A stretch of 55,124 nucleotides of DNA. Source: a virus (Duplodnaviria > Caudoviricetes). The notes under the pieces were generated by a model that was not told the origin of the DNA, did no database searches, and was given only the letters and a program-made list of their open reading frames with translations. Below are positions 18,026 through 26,576 of the stretch, in pieces. Within the stretch, counting starts at the first letter, position 1; every line of letters begins with the position of its first letter. The translations under genes and the position numbers were made by a program. The stretch spans positions 1 through 55,124 of IMG/VR virus record IMGVR_UViG_3300027747_003429. One strand, written 5' to 3'.

Positions 18026-19996
18026 TCAGCCTACGTAGAATGGTGCGTCGAACCAAACACCACCCTGACGGAAGTACCAGCAGCCACCACGTGGGAAGGC
18101 ACTGGAATTGTCATCGGTTGCGTCGGTGAGATAGAACATATCACCATCTTGTGCTGAACGAGCAGCAGCTTGGGCGCGTGTCATCTTGACAGAGACTGCG
18201 CCTTGTGCTACACTCATATCACCACTTGTTACTGTCATTCCGCCAGCAACTGAAGCACCACCAACAACACTTAGACCAGCACTTGCTGAAACCACGTTTG
18301 CTGAGAGTGTACCAGTGATACTGACTGAATCTTTGAGTGAAACAGTTACAACGCCGGCAGCACTTGCGACACCAATATTACTTGAGCCAGTGATTGTGAA
18401 TGAACCGCTCTTGGCGAGAACACTCATACCATTGACTTGGAATGCTGATGCGTCAATTTGTGCTTGTAGACCTGCTTCTACACCGAGAGCACGAGCTTTT
18501 TCAGCAGCAAGGTTGCCACTGATTGTGTTTTCTGCGCCGGTTGCTCTTGAAATTTCAGCAGCCAATGCAGCACTATTTGATGCTGTGTAGGTACTGAAAT
18601 CTGAACGCATGTTGCTTGCTGTACTGTTGATGGCAACAATAGCTGAAGCTAGAGCGTTATCATTTGTTAGGTCGATGCTGTTAACAAAATTAACAACTTC
18701 TTTGAAGCTGTCAAGATCAACACTTGAACCAGATAGAATTGCGTCAATTCTGCCTTTTTCAACGTTGATAGCACCTTGTAGGGCGCTTTCAGCAGCAGCT
18801 GCGCGATCTTTTTCTGCAACGATTGCGTTACTTGAGCTTAAAGCTAGTTCGTCAATACGACCACCCAAAGCAACTTCTGCAGCTTTTGCGCGTGTTTCTT
18901 CTGCATCAACATCGGCTGCGCGAGCAGTTGCTTCTGCAGCAATAGCAATTGATAGAGCGGCTTCAGCTGTTTGTGCTCTTGAAGCTTCATCTGCAATATC
19001 TTCAGCTAAACCTTGTTCAGCAGCTGTTGCGCGGGTTGTTTCAGCTGCAAGGGCACCTGAAAGTGTACCGGAAAGACTTGCATCTGCTGCTGCCCATGCT
19101 AATGCATCGGCTGCATCTCGTGCATCGATGTATGTCTTTAGTGAACTTGAAAGATCATTGTTTGCTGTTGTTTGAGCTGTGTTGATGCCATCAACGTAAC
19201 TCTTCAATGAACTTGAAACTGAATTCAAGTTTGATTGTACTGCTGCATCACCTGCAATACGTGCCGCACGTTCGGTTGCTAATGAACCAGAAACTGAACC
19301 TGAAACTGTATCAAGATTTGCTTGTACTGCTGCGTCACCGGCGATGCGGGCTGCAACTTCAGTTGCTAGTGAACTTGAAACACTGTTTGATAGACTTGTA
19401 ACAGCTGTTCCACGATCTGAAATTTCTGCTGCTAATGCGCCACTTAGAACTGCTACTCTTTTTGTTAAGTCAACAGCTGCTGCACCATCACCATCCAAGA
19501 AATCAGCGATTTCTTTAATACTGTTTAGTGAAGCTGTGATTGTTGCTAGAGTTTGACCGTCACCAATTACTGCTTGAACGGTTGTTTCTAGAGTGCCAAC
19601 ACGAGTATTGAAAGCACCAGATAGAGCTGTATTTGCTGCTGTTTGTGCTGCGTCAATACCATCAACATAACTCTTGACTGAGCTTGAAAGAGCTGTTCTT
19701 GCAGCTGCTTCAGCTTGATCTTGAGTGTCGATGTATGATTTTAATGAACCACTTTGTGAACTAGCGGAATTTTTTAATTCAACTAAGATACCACCGAGTG
19801 TTGTGTTGGTGAATTCGCCACCAACGTTGCCAACTAGAACGCTGTTGGCTGATGCGGTCATTTGACCGGTTACATTAACGTTACCGCTAACTGTAACTTG
19901 TGCTGGATTTGCAGCTGTACCAAGTACAACTGTACCATCTTGCATTAATTTGTGGACTACTGCGGAGCCACTAAATACTGCTAAACCTTTTTTCAT
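18026..19996 (-). CDS. Coiled-coil head/neck fibre (whisker-like), 656 aa
   Basis: Start moved to ATG 19996 (AGGAG SD; MKKGLAVF). Repeats E..RA.AAE..L and E.AARIAGDAA typical of trimeric phage fibres. Confidence 0.65.
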   Translation of the reverse strand: MKKGLAVFSGSAVVHKLMQDGTVVLGTAANPAQVTVSGNVNVTGQMTASANSVLVGNVGGEFTNTTLGGILVELKNSASSQSGSLKSYIDTQDQAEAAARTALSSSVKSYVDGIDAAQTAANTALSGAFNTRVGTLETTVQAVIGDGQTLATITASLNSIKEIADFLDGDGAAAVDLTKRVAVLSGALAAEISDRGTAVTSLSNSVSSSLATEVAARIAGDAAVQANLDTVSGSVSGSLATERAARIAGDAAVQSNLNSVSSSLKSYVDGINTAQTTANNDLSSSLKTYIDARDAADALAWAAADASLSGTLSGALAAETTRATAAEQGLAEDIADEASRAQTAEAALSIAIAAEATARAADVDAEETRAKAAEVALGGRIDELALSSSNAIVAEKDRAAAAESALQGAINVEKGRIDAILSGSSVDLDSFKEVVNFVNSIDLTNDNALASAIVAINSTASNMRSDFSTYTASNSAALAAEISRATGAENTISGNLAAEKARALGVEAGLQAQIDASAFQVNGMSVLAKSGSFTITGSSNIGVASAAGVVTVSLKDSVSITGTLSANVVSASAGLSVVGGASVAGGMTVTSGDMSVAQGAVSVKMTRAQAAARSAQDGDMFYLTDATDDNSSAFPRGGCWYFRQGGVWFDAPFYVG

Positions 19997-20067
19997 TTTA
20001 TATCTCCTAAAATAAGTTAAAGATCTTCTGTACTGTACATGGTACAAATACAAAAGTCTCGATTACA

Positions 20068-20077
20068 TATAATTAGT
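20068..20077 (-). promoter_or_regulatory. Late promoter motif ACTAATTATA (fibre)
   Basis: Recurrent motif after the rpsU terminator. Confidence 0.6.
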
Positions 20078-20146
20078 TTCAAATTTTTTTAAAAATGCTA
20101 AGTAGTGTCTTGCTTTTCTAAAGTACCATATAAGATTGTCGTCGAG

Positions 20147-20176
20147 AAAAAACAAAGCGTGGCATTTCTGCCACAC
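20147..20176 (-). terminator. Intrinsic terminator after rpsU
   Basis: GTGTGGCA-GAAA-TGCCACGC-TTTGTTTTTT on the minus strand. Confidence 0.7.
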
Positions 20177-20230
20177 TTCATTTAACTTATTTAGGAGTAT
20201 CTAACAAATCTAACAAATCTGAAAACTTGG

Positions 20231-20437
20231 TCAATCTTTTTCTGAAGCTTGTTGTTCTTTAAGCTTCTTCATCACCCGCTTTCTTCTGCGTTTTTCTTCA
20301 TTCCTTTTGACCGAAGGCTTTTTAAAATATTTTCTTTCTTGAATTTCATCTAGCAAACCACTTTTCTTAACCTTGTTAAGAAAGCGTTTAATAGCAGCTT
20401 CAACATTTTCATCTCTGCCTACTTTTACTGCAGTCAT
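20231..20437 (-). CDS. rpsU: Phage-encoded 30S ribosomal protein bS21
   Basis: V.VGRDENVEAAIKRF..KVKKSG...E...RKYFKKPSVKR matches the bS21 signature. Confidence 0.88.
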   Translation of the reverse strand: MTAVKVGRDENVEAAIKRFLNKVKKSGLLDEIQERKYFKKPSVKRNEEKRRRKRVMKKLKEQQASEKD

Positions 20438-20910
20438 TTCTTTGTACCTTTCATAAATGCTTGTGTAAACTTTGGATTTAACAAGCCACTAATATCGACA
20501 CCAGAATCATTTGGGGCTATTCCTGATAGTGGATTAGCTGGACCAGATTGAACAGGTTCATCTGGTATAGTATCGCTGATCCCTTCAAAAATGTTAACAC
20601 CCTTATACGCTGTTCTGCCAATATTATCTAACAATTCTTTATTATTGCTTACAACTTTTTTAGCTTGTGATCTTTTTAGGATCTCGCGCATATGTGAGTC
20701 TTCATCCAATTCTTGTTGTTCTTCCAAGAATTGAGCTTTTTGTTGTTTAGCGGGCTGCTTACTTTCTACTATAACTGGCTGTAAGCCTTTTACCACTTCG
20801 CTAATAACCTGAGATAATAATCCACTTTCTAAAAGAATGGCTTGAATGTTTTCATTAACGCATTCCTTTACAATTGGATTTATTAAATCTTTTAATTCGT
20901 TCCTTTTCAT
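20434..20910 (-). CDS. Hypothetical protein, possible internal head protein
   Basis: MKRNELKDLINPIVKEC leader; GAGG SD; ATGA overlap with rpsU. Confidence 0.6.
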   Translation of the reverse strand: MKRNELKDLINPIVKECVNENIQAILLESGLLSQVISEVVKGLQPVIVESKQPAKQQKAQFLEEQQELDEDSHMREILKRSQAKKVVSNNKELLDNIGRTAYKGVNIFEGISDTIPDEPVQSGPANPLSGIAPNDSGVDISGLLNPKFTQAFMKGTKK

Positions 20911-20922
20911 CTCAACCTCGTT

Positions 20923-21522
20923 TCATTCTATTATATCATTAAGAAGTCGTACTAGTTTATCACTTTTTGTTAGTGATGCTGCTTTTTTTGCTTCACTTAA
21001 ATTCAAGAAAGCACCTTTGGTCGAGGGCTCAGAAACAATATCAAAACAAATTAACTGTAAATCGTCTTCTACAATTGTTTTACCTTGTGATTCTCTAACT
21101 GAACCAAGAGCTCTTGAAGAAATACCAAGTGTAACACCATTACTAATAAGTGCTTTTAAGATATTGCCTGCTGGTGTATCTAGGATTTTTAATTTACCCA
21201 TTACATCTTTGCCATTCCACCAAACATCTGTAACGATGTGTGAAACGTTTTTAAGATTGATTACTGAATCATCTGGATGATCTAGCTCACCAACAGCGCG
21301 ATTTTGGGCAATTAGATTTTTATAATTCTCTACTTCTCTGCGAAGAGTTTGTTCTGGATAAACACGGCCATTTCCATTTTCTGCGTCTGCTCGTTGCATG
21401 ACACCAGTTAGGAAAAATGCTTTATTTTCACGAACTTGAACTTTTTCACTTTCGGTAAGAAAGTCTTCACATTTTCCACCATCACATAGTTGGTAGAATT
21501 CTCTTAAAACATATTTGCTCAT
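20923..21522 (-). CDS. gp21: Prohead protease (T4 gp21-like)
   Basis: NGNGRVYP, GELDHP, GISSRALGS, FDIVSEPS catalytic motifs. Confidence 0.92.
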   Translation of the reverse strand: MSKYVLREFYQLCDGGKCEDFLTESEKVQVRENKAFFLTGVMQRADAENGNGRVYPEQTLRREVENYKNLIAQNRAVGELDHPDDSVINLKNVSHIVTDVWWNGKDVMGKLKILDTPAGNILKALISNGVTLGISSRALGSVRESQGKTIVEDDLQLICFDIVSEPSTKGAFLNLSEAKKAASLTKSDKLVRLLNDIIE

Positions 21523-22454
21523 TTTGTTTTACCTGTTAGGAAATTATAAATTTCTTCTATAATGGCTTCTTGAAGAGATTCGCCAAGTCTACCGCCGGCT
21601 TTCATCATTCCTTTTTGTAGTGGCACTGTTGTCCCTTTTTTAACTGGCTGTTTTTTTGTTGTTTTTCTTTTTACTGTCTTTTGCTTTCCGATTCCCATAA
21701 GAGCTAGCAATTCATCTTTTTCGCCAGCGGTCGCTTTTCCAGAATCAAATTTTTGTTTAAGTTGTGCGGCTCGATCAGCACTTGTTTTTGCTACTTCTTT
21801 TGCTGCCTCTGGATTTGGAGCGTCTTCTACTGGGGGGAGAAAATTAATTTTAGCTTTCTTCGTTTTTACTTCCATTCCGGGCACCAAATCTGGTATTTCT
21901 TGTTTTTGTGCCGCTGTTGATGGCTCTTCTTTGTTGGGTGTTGAGCCAACAATCATATCATCACTAACCTCTGTTTCTGGCTCTGCTTGCTTTTGAGTTG
22001 ACGCAGCAGCAGATGCCTGAGCAGGTACGTTTAAACCGAGATCTTGTAATTGTTTTCTTGCTTGTTCGTTTTTGCTCATTTGAAAGATAAAGTGATCAAC
22101 GTCTTTTTCATCAATCTTTTTATCTTTCATTAATTTTAACAATTGACTTTCGTAAGCCTCTTGTAGAGGATTAGCTGAAAAGAGCATTTTACCTAAATCG
22201 CTGTCTTTAACTAATTTGCTATCTCTATTCATTTGAATAAAGTCGGCAACTAGTTGTAGTTTCTTATTAAAATCTAATGGTTTTTGGCCATCTTTTGAGG
22301 CGCCTTTTTGAGATGCTTTTACATATTCTGCGCCTTTATTAAATTTGTCACTAAATTTATTAAACCAGTCTGAGACTGCGCCTTCTTCTTGAATGCTTTC
22401 TTGTAGCATTTGTTGTACAACTAACTTTTTAATATCTTCACGATTTATGGTCAC
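21519..22454 (-). CDS. Hypothetical protein, possible internal head protein
   Basis: Likely GTG start at 22454 (AGGAG 7 nt upstream); repeated LQE/IQE sites; low-complexity charged sequence. Confidence 0.6.
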   Translation of the reverse strand: MTINREDIKKLVVQQMLQESIQEEGAVSDWFNKFSDKFNKGAEYVKASQKGASKDGQKPLDFNKKLQLVADFIQMNRDSKLVKDSDLGKMLFSANPLQEAYESQLLKLMKDKKIDEKDVDHFIFQMSKNEQARKQLQDLGLNVPAQASAAASTQKQAEPETEVSDDMIVGSTPNKEEPSTAAQKQEIPDLVPGMEVKTKKAKINFLPPVEDAPNPEAAKEVAKTSADRAAQLKQKFDSGKATAGEKDELLALMGIGKQKTVKRKTTKKQPVKKGTTVPLQKGMMKAGGRLGESLQEAIIEEIYNFLTGKTK

Positions 22455-22482
22455 AGAAATACTCCTATTCAACTATTCAAAA

Positions 22483-22492
22483 AATAAATAGT
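22483..22492 (-). promoter_or_regulatory. Late promoter motif ACTATTTATT (protease-rpsU operon)
   Basis: Recurrent motif, inside an 11-bp inverted repeat. Confidence 0.6.
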
Positions 22493-22544
22493 TGAATTTA
22501 TATCAAATACGTTAAGTTTTGTTGATTTTACGCCTCACGACGAT

Positions 22545-22571
22545 TAAAAAAGTGCAGCGGCAAGCTGCACC
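22545..22571 (-). terminator. Intrinsic terminator
   Basis: GGTGCAGC-TTGCC-GCTGCACTTTTTT on the minus strand. Confidence 0.75.
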
Positions 22572-22573
22572 CG

Positions 22574-22639
22574 TTAACTACCTTTGCAGCATCTGCGGCA
22601 AACAGGTAGGAACCATTTAATTGTAACTAACGAGTTCAT
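22574..22639 (-). CDS. 21-aa Cys/Arg-rich small protein MNSLVTIKWFLPVCRRCCKGS
   Basis: AGGAG SD 6 nt before ATG; fills the gap between the upstream stop and a terminator; below the ORF-track size cutoff. Confidence 0.55.
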   Translation of the reverse strand: MNSLVTIKWFLPVCRRCCKGS

Positions 22640-22642
22640 AGC

Positions 22643-22939
22643 TTACTCCTTTGAAAATTTAATCCCCTCATCGGAGACTGTCTTATCTAATAAATAGGAT
22701 GTGCCAGAACTTATACATCCCAGCAAGAAACCTGTGATAAGTGAATTATCAAAATAGTAAAGATTTGTTAATGGTTTAATACACCAAAGAAACAGGCCAA
22801 CCCAAAATCCCGTACACATAGAGCAGGATAATAGTTCGCCAAAGAATCCAGTTTTTGGTCTTATCTTATCAAATATCTTACCGTAACACAATATCTGGGT
22901 CAAACCATAAGATATAAGAATAAAAATTAATAAATTCAT
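22643..22939 (-). CDS. Small membrane protein with CxxCxGFW motif (DUF1360-like)
   Basis: Three hydrophobic segments; ELLSCSMCTGFWVG. Confidence 0.6.
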   Translation of the reverse strand: MNLLIFILISYGLTQILCYGKIFDKIRPKTGFFGELLSCSMCTGFWVGLFLWCIKPLTNLYYFDNSLITGFLLGCISSGTSYLLDKTVSDEGIKFSKE

Positions 22940-23127
22940 CTGCGTCGAGCTTTCGGTTTTTCTGAAATGCGATTGGCATGTGACTTGTTAGTACCTTGTG
23001 AGTCCTGTGAATCACCGCCACGTTTTGATTTTATTGCTCTTCGTTGTTTTCTGTTAAGCTTTTGTTCTTTTTGTTCTTCTTGAACAGGTTGTTCTTTTAC
23101 CTGCTCTTCGGCGTTTTCTTCCTGCAT
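22936..23127 (-). CDS. Small hypothetical protein (acidic N-half, basic C-half)
   Basis: Likely start MQEEN at 23127 just after the upstream stop; LNRKQRRA motif. Confidence 0.5.
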   Translation of the reverse strand: MQEENAEEQVKEQPVQEEQKEQKLNRKQRRAIKSKRGGDSQDSQGTNKSHANRISEKPKARRR

Positions 23128-23131
23128 ATAA

Positions 23132-23725
23132 TCACCACCAACCACCAAGATATCTTCTGCTTTGATATTTAGGAATAGAACCTTTTTCTGGTTCTTGTGG
23201 GACTTCACCAAGTTCTGTTGAATCTTCATCAGTTGGATCGGTCATATATTTATCAAATTCTTCATCATATTTCTTGTCGAATTCAAGTGACGGACGTTGT
23301 TCATCGATCCAAGTGCTTATATTCAACAATACTAGTTGATCTAATGGAACACCAGTATCTTTTGGTGTCAAAATGGTTCCTTCAATAGAACCAAATACGT
23401 TGCCACCTTTAATACTTTCTGGTGCCACGATTCCTCTTCTAGAAAGGAAGTCGAATAGTTTGTCTTGTGTTGCGTAAACAAGATCGCTGTGGGCTATTTT
23501 TTGCTTTTCGCTATATGGAAATGTTACAATCTTTTTCTTTTCTGGCATCAAAACAATGTCAATATAGTGGTGATCGTAAATATAATAATTTCCATCCAAG
23601 GTTTTACGAATATTGAGTTTAACGCCCAACTTACCATCTGGTTTTTGTTGAACTTTTGATTCTGGCTGAGAATCTTTTTGTTCTTCGCTATTTGTTTCTT
23701 CGCCAACTTTAACTGTTAAAGCCAT
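23132..23725 (-). CDS. Hypothetical protein
   Basis: 197-aa ORF coupled to its neighbours in the head module. Confidence 0.65.
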   Translation of the reverse strand: MALTVKVGEETNSEEQKDSQPESKVQQKPDGKLGVKLNIRKTLDGNYYIYDHHYIDIVLMPEKKKIVTFPYSEKQKIAHSDLVYATQDKLFDFLSRRGIVAPESIKGGNVFGSIEGTILTPKDTGVPLDQLVLLNISTWIDEQRPSLEFDKKYDEEFDKYMTDPTDEDSTELGEVPQEPEKGSIPKYQSRRYLGGWW

Positions 23726-24561
23726 TATCTGGTTGCCTCATTAATAAAGCTTTGGATTTTAAGAACATCAGTCAACATTTGGTGATCAACTGGTCTTTTC
23801 TTGAAATCTTCTAGCTTCTCAGCTAGTTTGTTTGTTTTCTCGGCAAGAAGTTTGTTATTAATAAATTCTTCTGTTTTAAGAACTTCGGTAACTTTTTGTT
23901 TTAATCTACCGATTTCTTCATTTAAATATACTTTTAAACCAACACCATCATCGGTGCCAGACATAACATAATAAGAAAGTAGTTCTTTTTGTTCTTTTAA
24001 CAAATTATTACCATACTTTTCGTTGAACTTCTTAGCAAATGAAGTATAAACAATACTATCTACTGACTGCATATTTTTGTTTGATACTTCTTCTTTCTTT
24101 GTTACCAAAGATTCTACCAAGGTTTGTTCTAACAATACACGCTCTTTAATTGGAGCTGTTTTGTTAAAAATTTGATAAATGGTGGCTAGATTTTTATAAT
24201 CTGGCAAGAAGTTATTAAATACGCCTGGATTCAGTTCTTTGTTGATTGTATTAATCAGCTTTGTTTGTTCATCGTATATTTGTTCCTGATCTAAATCAGA
24301 GTGTAATCTAACGACTTCCTGAACGAGTCTTTCCGCAAACTTATTATCCAAATTAGCACTTTCGTGAAGAACAGAATATAGTTGAAGTTCTTTTTGAAGA
24401 ATAGACTCACTATTAAAGAACTTCTTACAAATACCAACTATTTTGGCTTTTGTATCGCTGTCCTTATTGACAATAGCTCTTGTCAACTCTTTTGTGAGAC
24501 TCTCATATAAGAAAGCCGTATTGCGTTTCTTATTGTGCTTTAGTTTGCTTCTTGGTTGCAT
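23725..24561 (-). CDS. Hypothetical head-module protein
   Basis: Likely start MQPRSKLKHNKKRNTAFLYE (GGAG SD); helical; directly after the portal gene. Confidence 0.65.
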   Translation of the reverse strand: MQPRSKLKHNKKRNTAFLYESLTKELTRAIVNKDSDTKAKIVGICKKFFNSESILQKELQLYSVLHESANLDNKFAERLVQEVVRLHSDLDQEQIYDEQTKLINTINKELNPGVFNNFLPDYKNLATIYQIFNKTAPIKERVLLEQTLVESLVTKKEEVSNKNMQSVDSIVYTSFAKKFNEKYGNNLLKEQKELLSYYVMSGTDDGVGLKVYLNEEIGRLKQKVTEVLKTEEFINNKLLAEKTNKLAEKLEDFKKRPVDHQMLTDVLKIQSFINEATR

Positions 24562-26572
24562 CTTTCTTCTCCAATTCACTAATTAGATCCTTAATTCTCT
24601 TATTGTTTTCTAGAATAAGTTTTTCCTCATTCTTATCATGATTAGGCGATTCGTGTTCAACACTTTCTTCAAATGGCACCTTGGCTAAACTACGCATATC
24701 GGACAAGCCTTTAAATGTATTTCTAACAGTATTTGAAGCAAGGTTGATATTTCCCATTGATTTCATATGCTGCATACGGCCACTTCGTGAATCCGAAGTA
24801 ACTGGCTCATACCATTTACCTTTTGAATTCGAAGTTGTTGTTGAACCATCGGTAGCTTTATATTTAATTGATACCACTTTGTCATCGCTTCTTCTGGCGG
24901 GGGGCGCAACAAGTAGTGGCCCACCTTCTGTGCCGCCTTCTGGTGAACTTTCGCCACCTTCACCGCCAGTTTCAGCACCACCTTCACCTTCGCCTTCTGG
25001 GGGCGTTTCAGTAGCAGTTTCTTCACCTTCTGGTGGAGTTTCAGCACCACCACTTTCTTCTGGTGCGAAGTCTGATAATTCACCACCGCCAGTGCTTTCG
25101 GTTTCAACTGCTTCTGCTTCTCTATCAAGCATTGTGCTGAATTTGCGGTCATAGAATAGTTCACGTTGATTACGTAGGAAGTCTTCTTCACTCATACCAA
25201 ATAGGTTCTTGGCAATCCAGCGTTTGCTGAAAAAGTTTTCAGTGGCTGAACCAGCAACGTCGAATTTGGTTTTCCAATGTTCTAGTTCTTGTAGCTCGGC
25301 AATCTTTGATGGATTGTTAAGTGATAGTTTGTGGCCCAGTAGATCATCACCACGATAGCCAAGAACATATAAATGGATAACACCAATTTTTTCTAGTTCA
25401 CTAATGACTGAACGTTGTAATCTTTGAATTGTTCTTGCGAATCTTACATCCTTTTGTGAAAGAGTTGTTTTATCTTCTTCTCCACCTTCACCACGAGCAA
25501 GATAGCTTTGTGGGATCTTGATGGCTGAGAATAGTTTATCTCTTAGATATTTAACGTCTTCGATATCGCCAGTATAAGTGCCACCTGGAAGGCTTTCAAT
25601 CTTTGTATTTGATGTAGCACCACGAACTGGTAAGAAGTAATCTTCTTCAATACTCATTGGATTATAGCGCAAGTCAACACGACCTGTTTTATCATCAACG
25701 ATTTGGTTACGTTTCATTGTTGAAACGATCTTTTGCATGTACTGTTCAACATCATTTGGATCAATATTGCCAACGTCAATATAAAATACACGACGTTCTG
25801 GTGAACGAACAATACGGTATGCCATCATGGCATCTTCTAGAAGAGTTAATTGACGCCAAATACGGCGTGCTGGTTCTAGAATTGATGTGCCATATGGAGC
25901 ATAACGGTCATTTCCAAGAATACGGAAATGGGCTAATTGCCAATTTTCGAATGTCATACCACCGGTATTCCATTGGAACTGGACATAATTAGGATTTGTT
26001 TCATCCTGACCTTCCAATCTTTCTACTTCGTGTGGTGGAAGACCAATTACATTTTTAATACCTAGTTCTTCATCTATATCGAGATATAGGAAGAAGTCAC
26101 CGTATTTACACATATTACGGCACCAGCCAAATAGGTTAAATTCAAGGTTGAGGATATTATGATAAAGATTGTTTAGAATATTTTTAATTTCTTCGTTATC
26201 GCAATCAATACGCAACATCTTTTGGAGTTGGCTCCAAGTTGTCATTTCATCAGCATAGATATCCATTGCTGACGCAATTTCTGGTGTAAATTCCATTTGA
26301 TCGAATTCGGCATAACGTTCACCACGATTATGATTCTTCATCATATTCGTATGAATAAATTCAAATGGATTGTAATCGGTCTTTTGGAAAGCTTTTCCAG
26401 AAGCTGATTTAAAGCTGTATTTATCTAGCTCTTTACGCTTTTCTTGACGATAAAACTGCGCTCTTTTATTAACAATTGGTCCAGATAAGAGACGTGTTAG
26501 TCTCCTGAAAAGATTTGATTCTGGATTTCTTGTATTCTTACCTGACGGTGCGTTTCTATTGTTTGCTGGCAT
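24530..26572 (-). CDS. gp20: Portal protein (T4 gp20-like)
   Basis: PEIASAMDIYADE, LLEDAMMAYRIVRSPERRVFYIDVGN, EEDYFLPVRG, IESLPGG; acidic Gly/Glu C-terminal extension. Confidence 0.95.
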   Translation of the reverse strand: MPANNRNAPSGKNTRNPESNLFRRLTRLLSGPIVNKRAQFYRQEKRKELDKYSFKSASGKAFQKTDYNPFEFIHTNMMKNHNRGERYAEFDQMEFTPEIASAMDIYADEMTTWSQLQKMLRIDCDNEEIKNILNNLYHNILNLEFNLFGWCRNMCKYGDFFLYLDIDEELGIKNVIGLPPHEVERLEGQDETNPNYVQFQWNTGGMTFENWQLAHFRILGNDRYAPYGTSILEPARRIWRQLTLLEDAMMAYRIVRSPERRVFYIDVGNIDPNDVEQYMQKIVSTMKRNQIVDDKTGRVDLRYNPMSIEEDYFLPVRGATSNTKIESLPGGTYTGDIEDVKYLRDKLFSAIKIPQSYLARGEGGEEDKTTLSQKDVRFARTIQRLQRSVISELEKIGVIHLYVLGYRGDDLLGHKLSLNNPSKIAELQELEHWKTKFDVAGSATENFFSKRWIAKNLFGMSEEDFLRNQRELFYDRKFSTMLDREAEAVETESTGGGELSDFAPEESGGAETPPEGEETATETPPEGEGEGGAETGGEGGESSPEGGTEGGPLLVAPPARRSDDKVVSIKYKATDGSTTTSNSKGKWYEPVTSDSRSGRMQHMKSMGNINLASNTVRNTFKGLSDMRSLAKVPFEESVEHESPNHDKNEEKLILENNKRIKDLISELEKKDATKKQTKAQ

Positions 26573-26576
26573 TTAT

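Noticed and set aside
19997-20230. tRNA or other known RNA gene in the larger intergenic gaps
   Set aside because: No cloverleaf or GTTCRA T-loop seen here or in other gaps; a tRNAscan/Rfam run would be needed to exclude fully.
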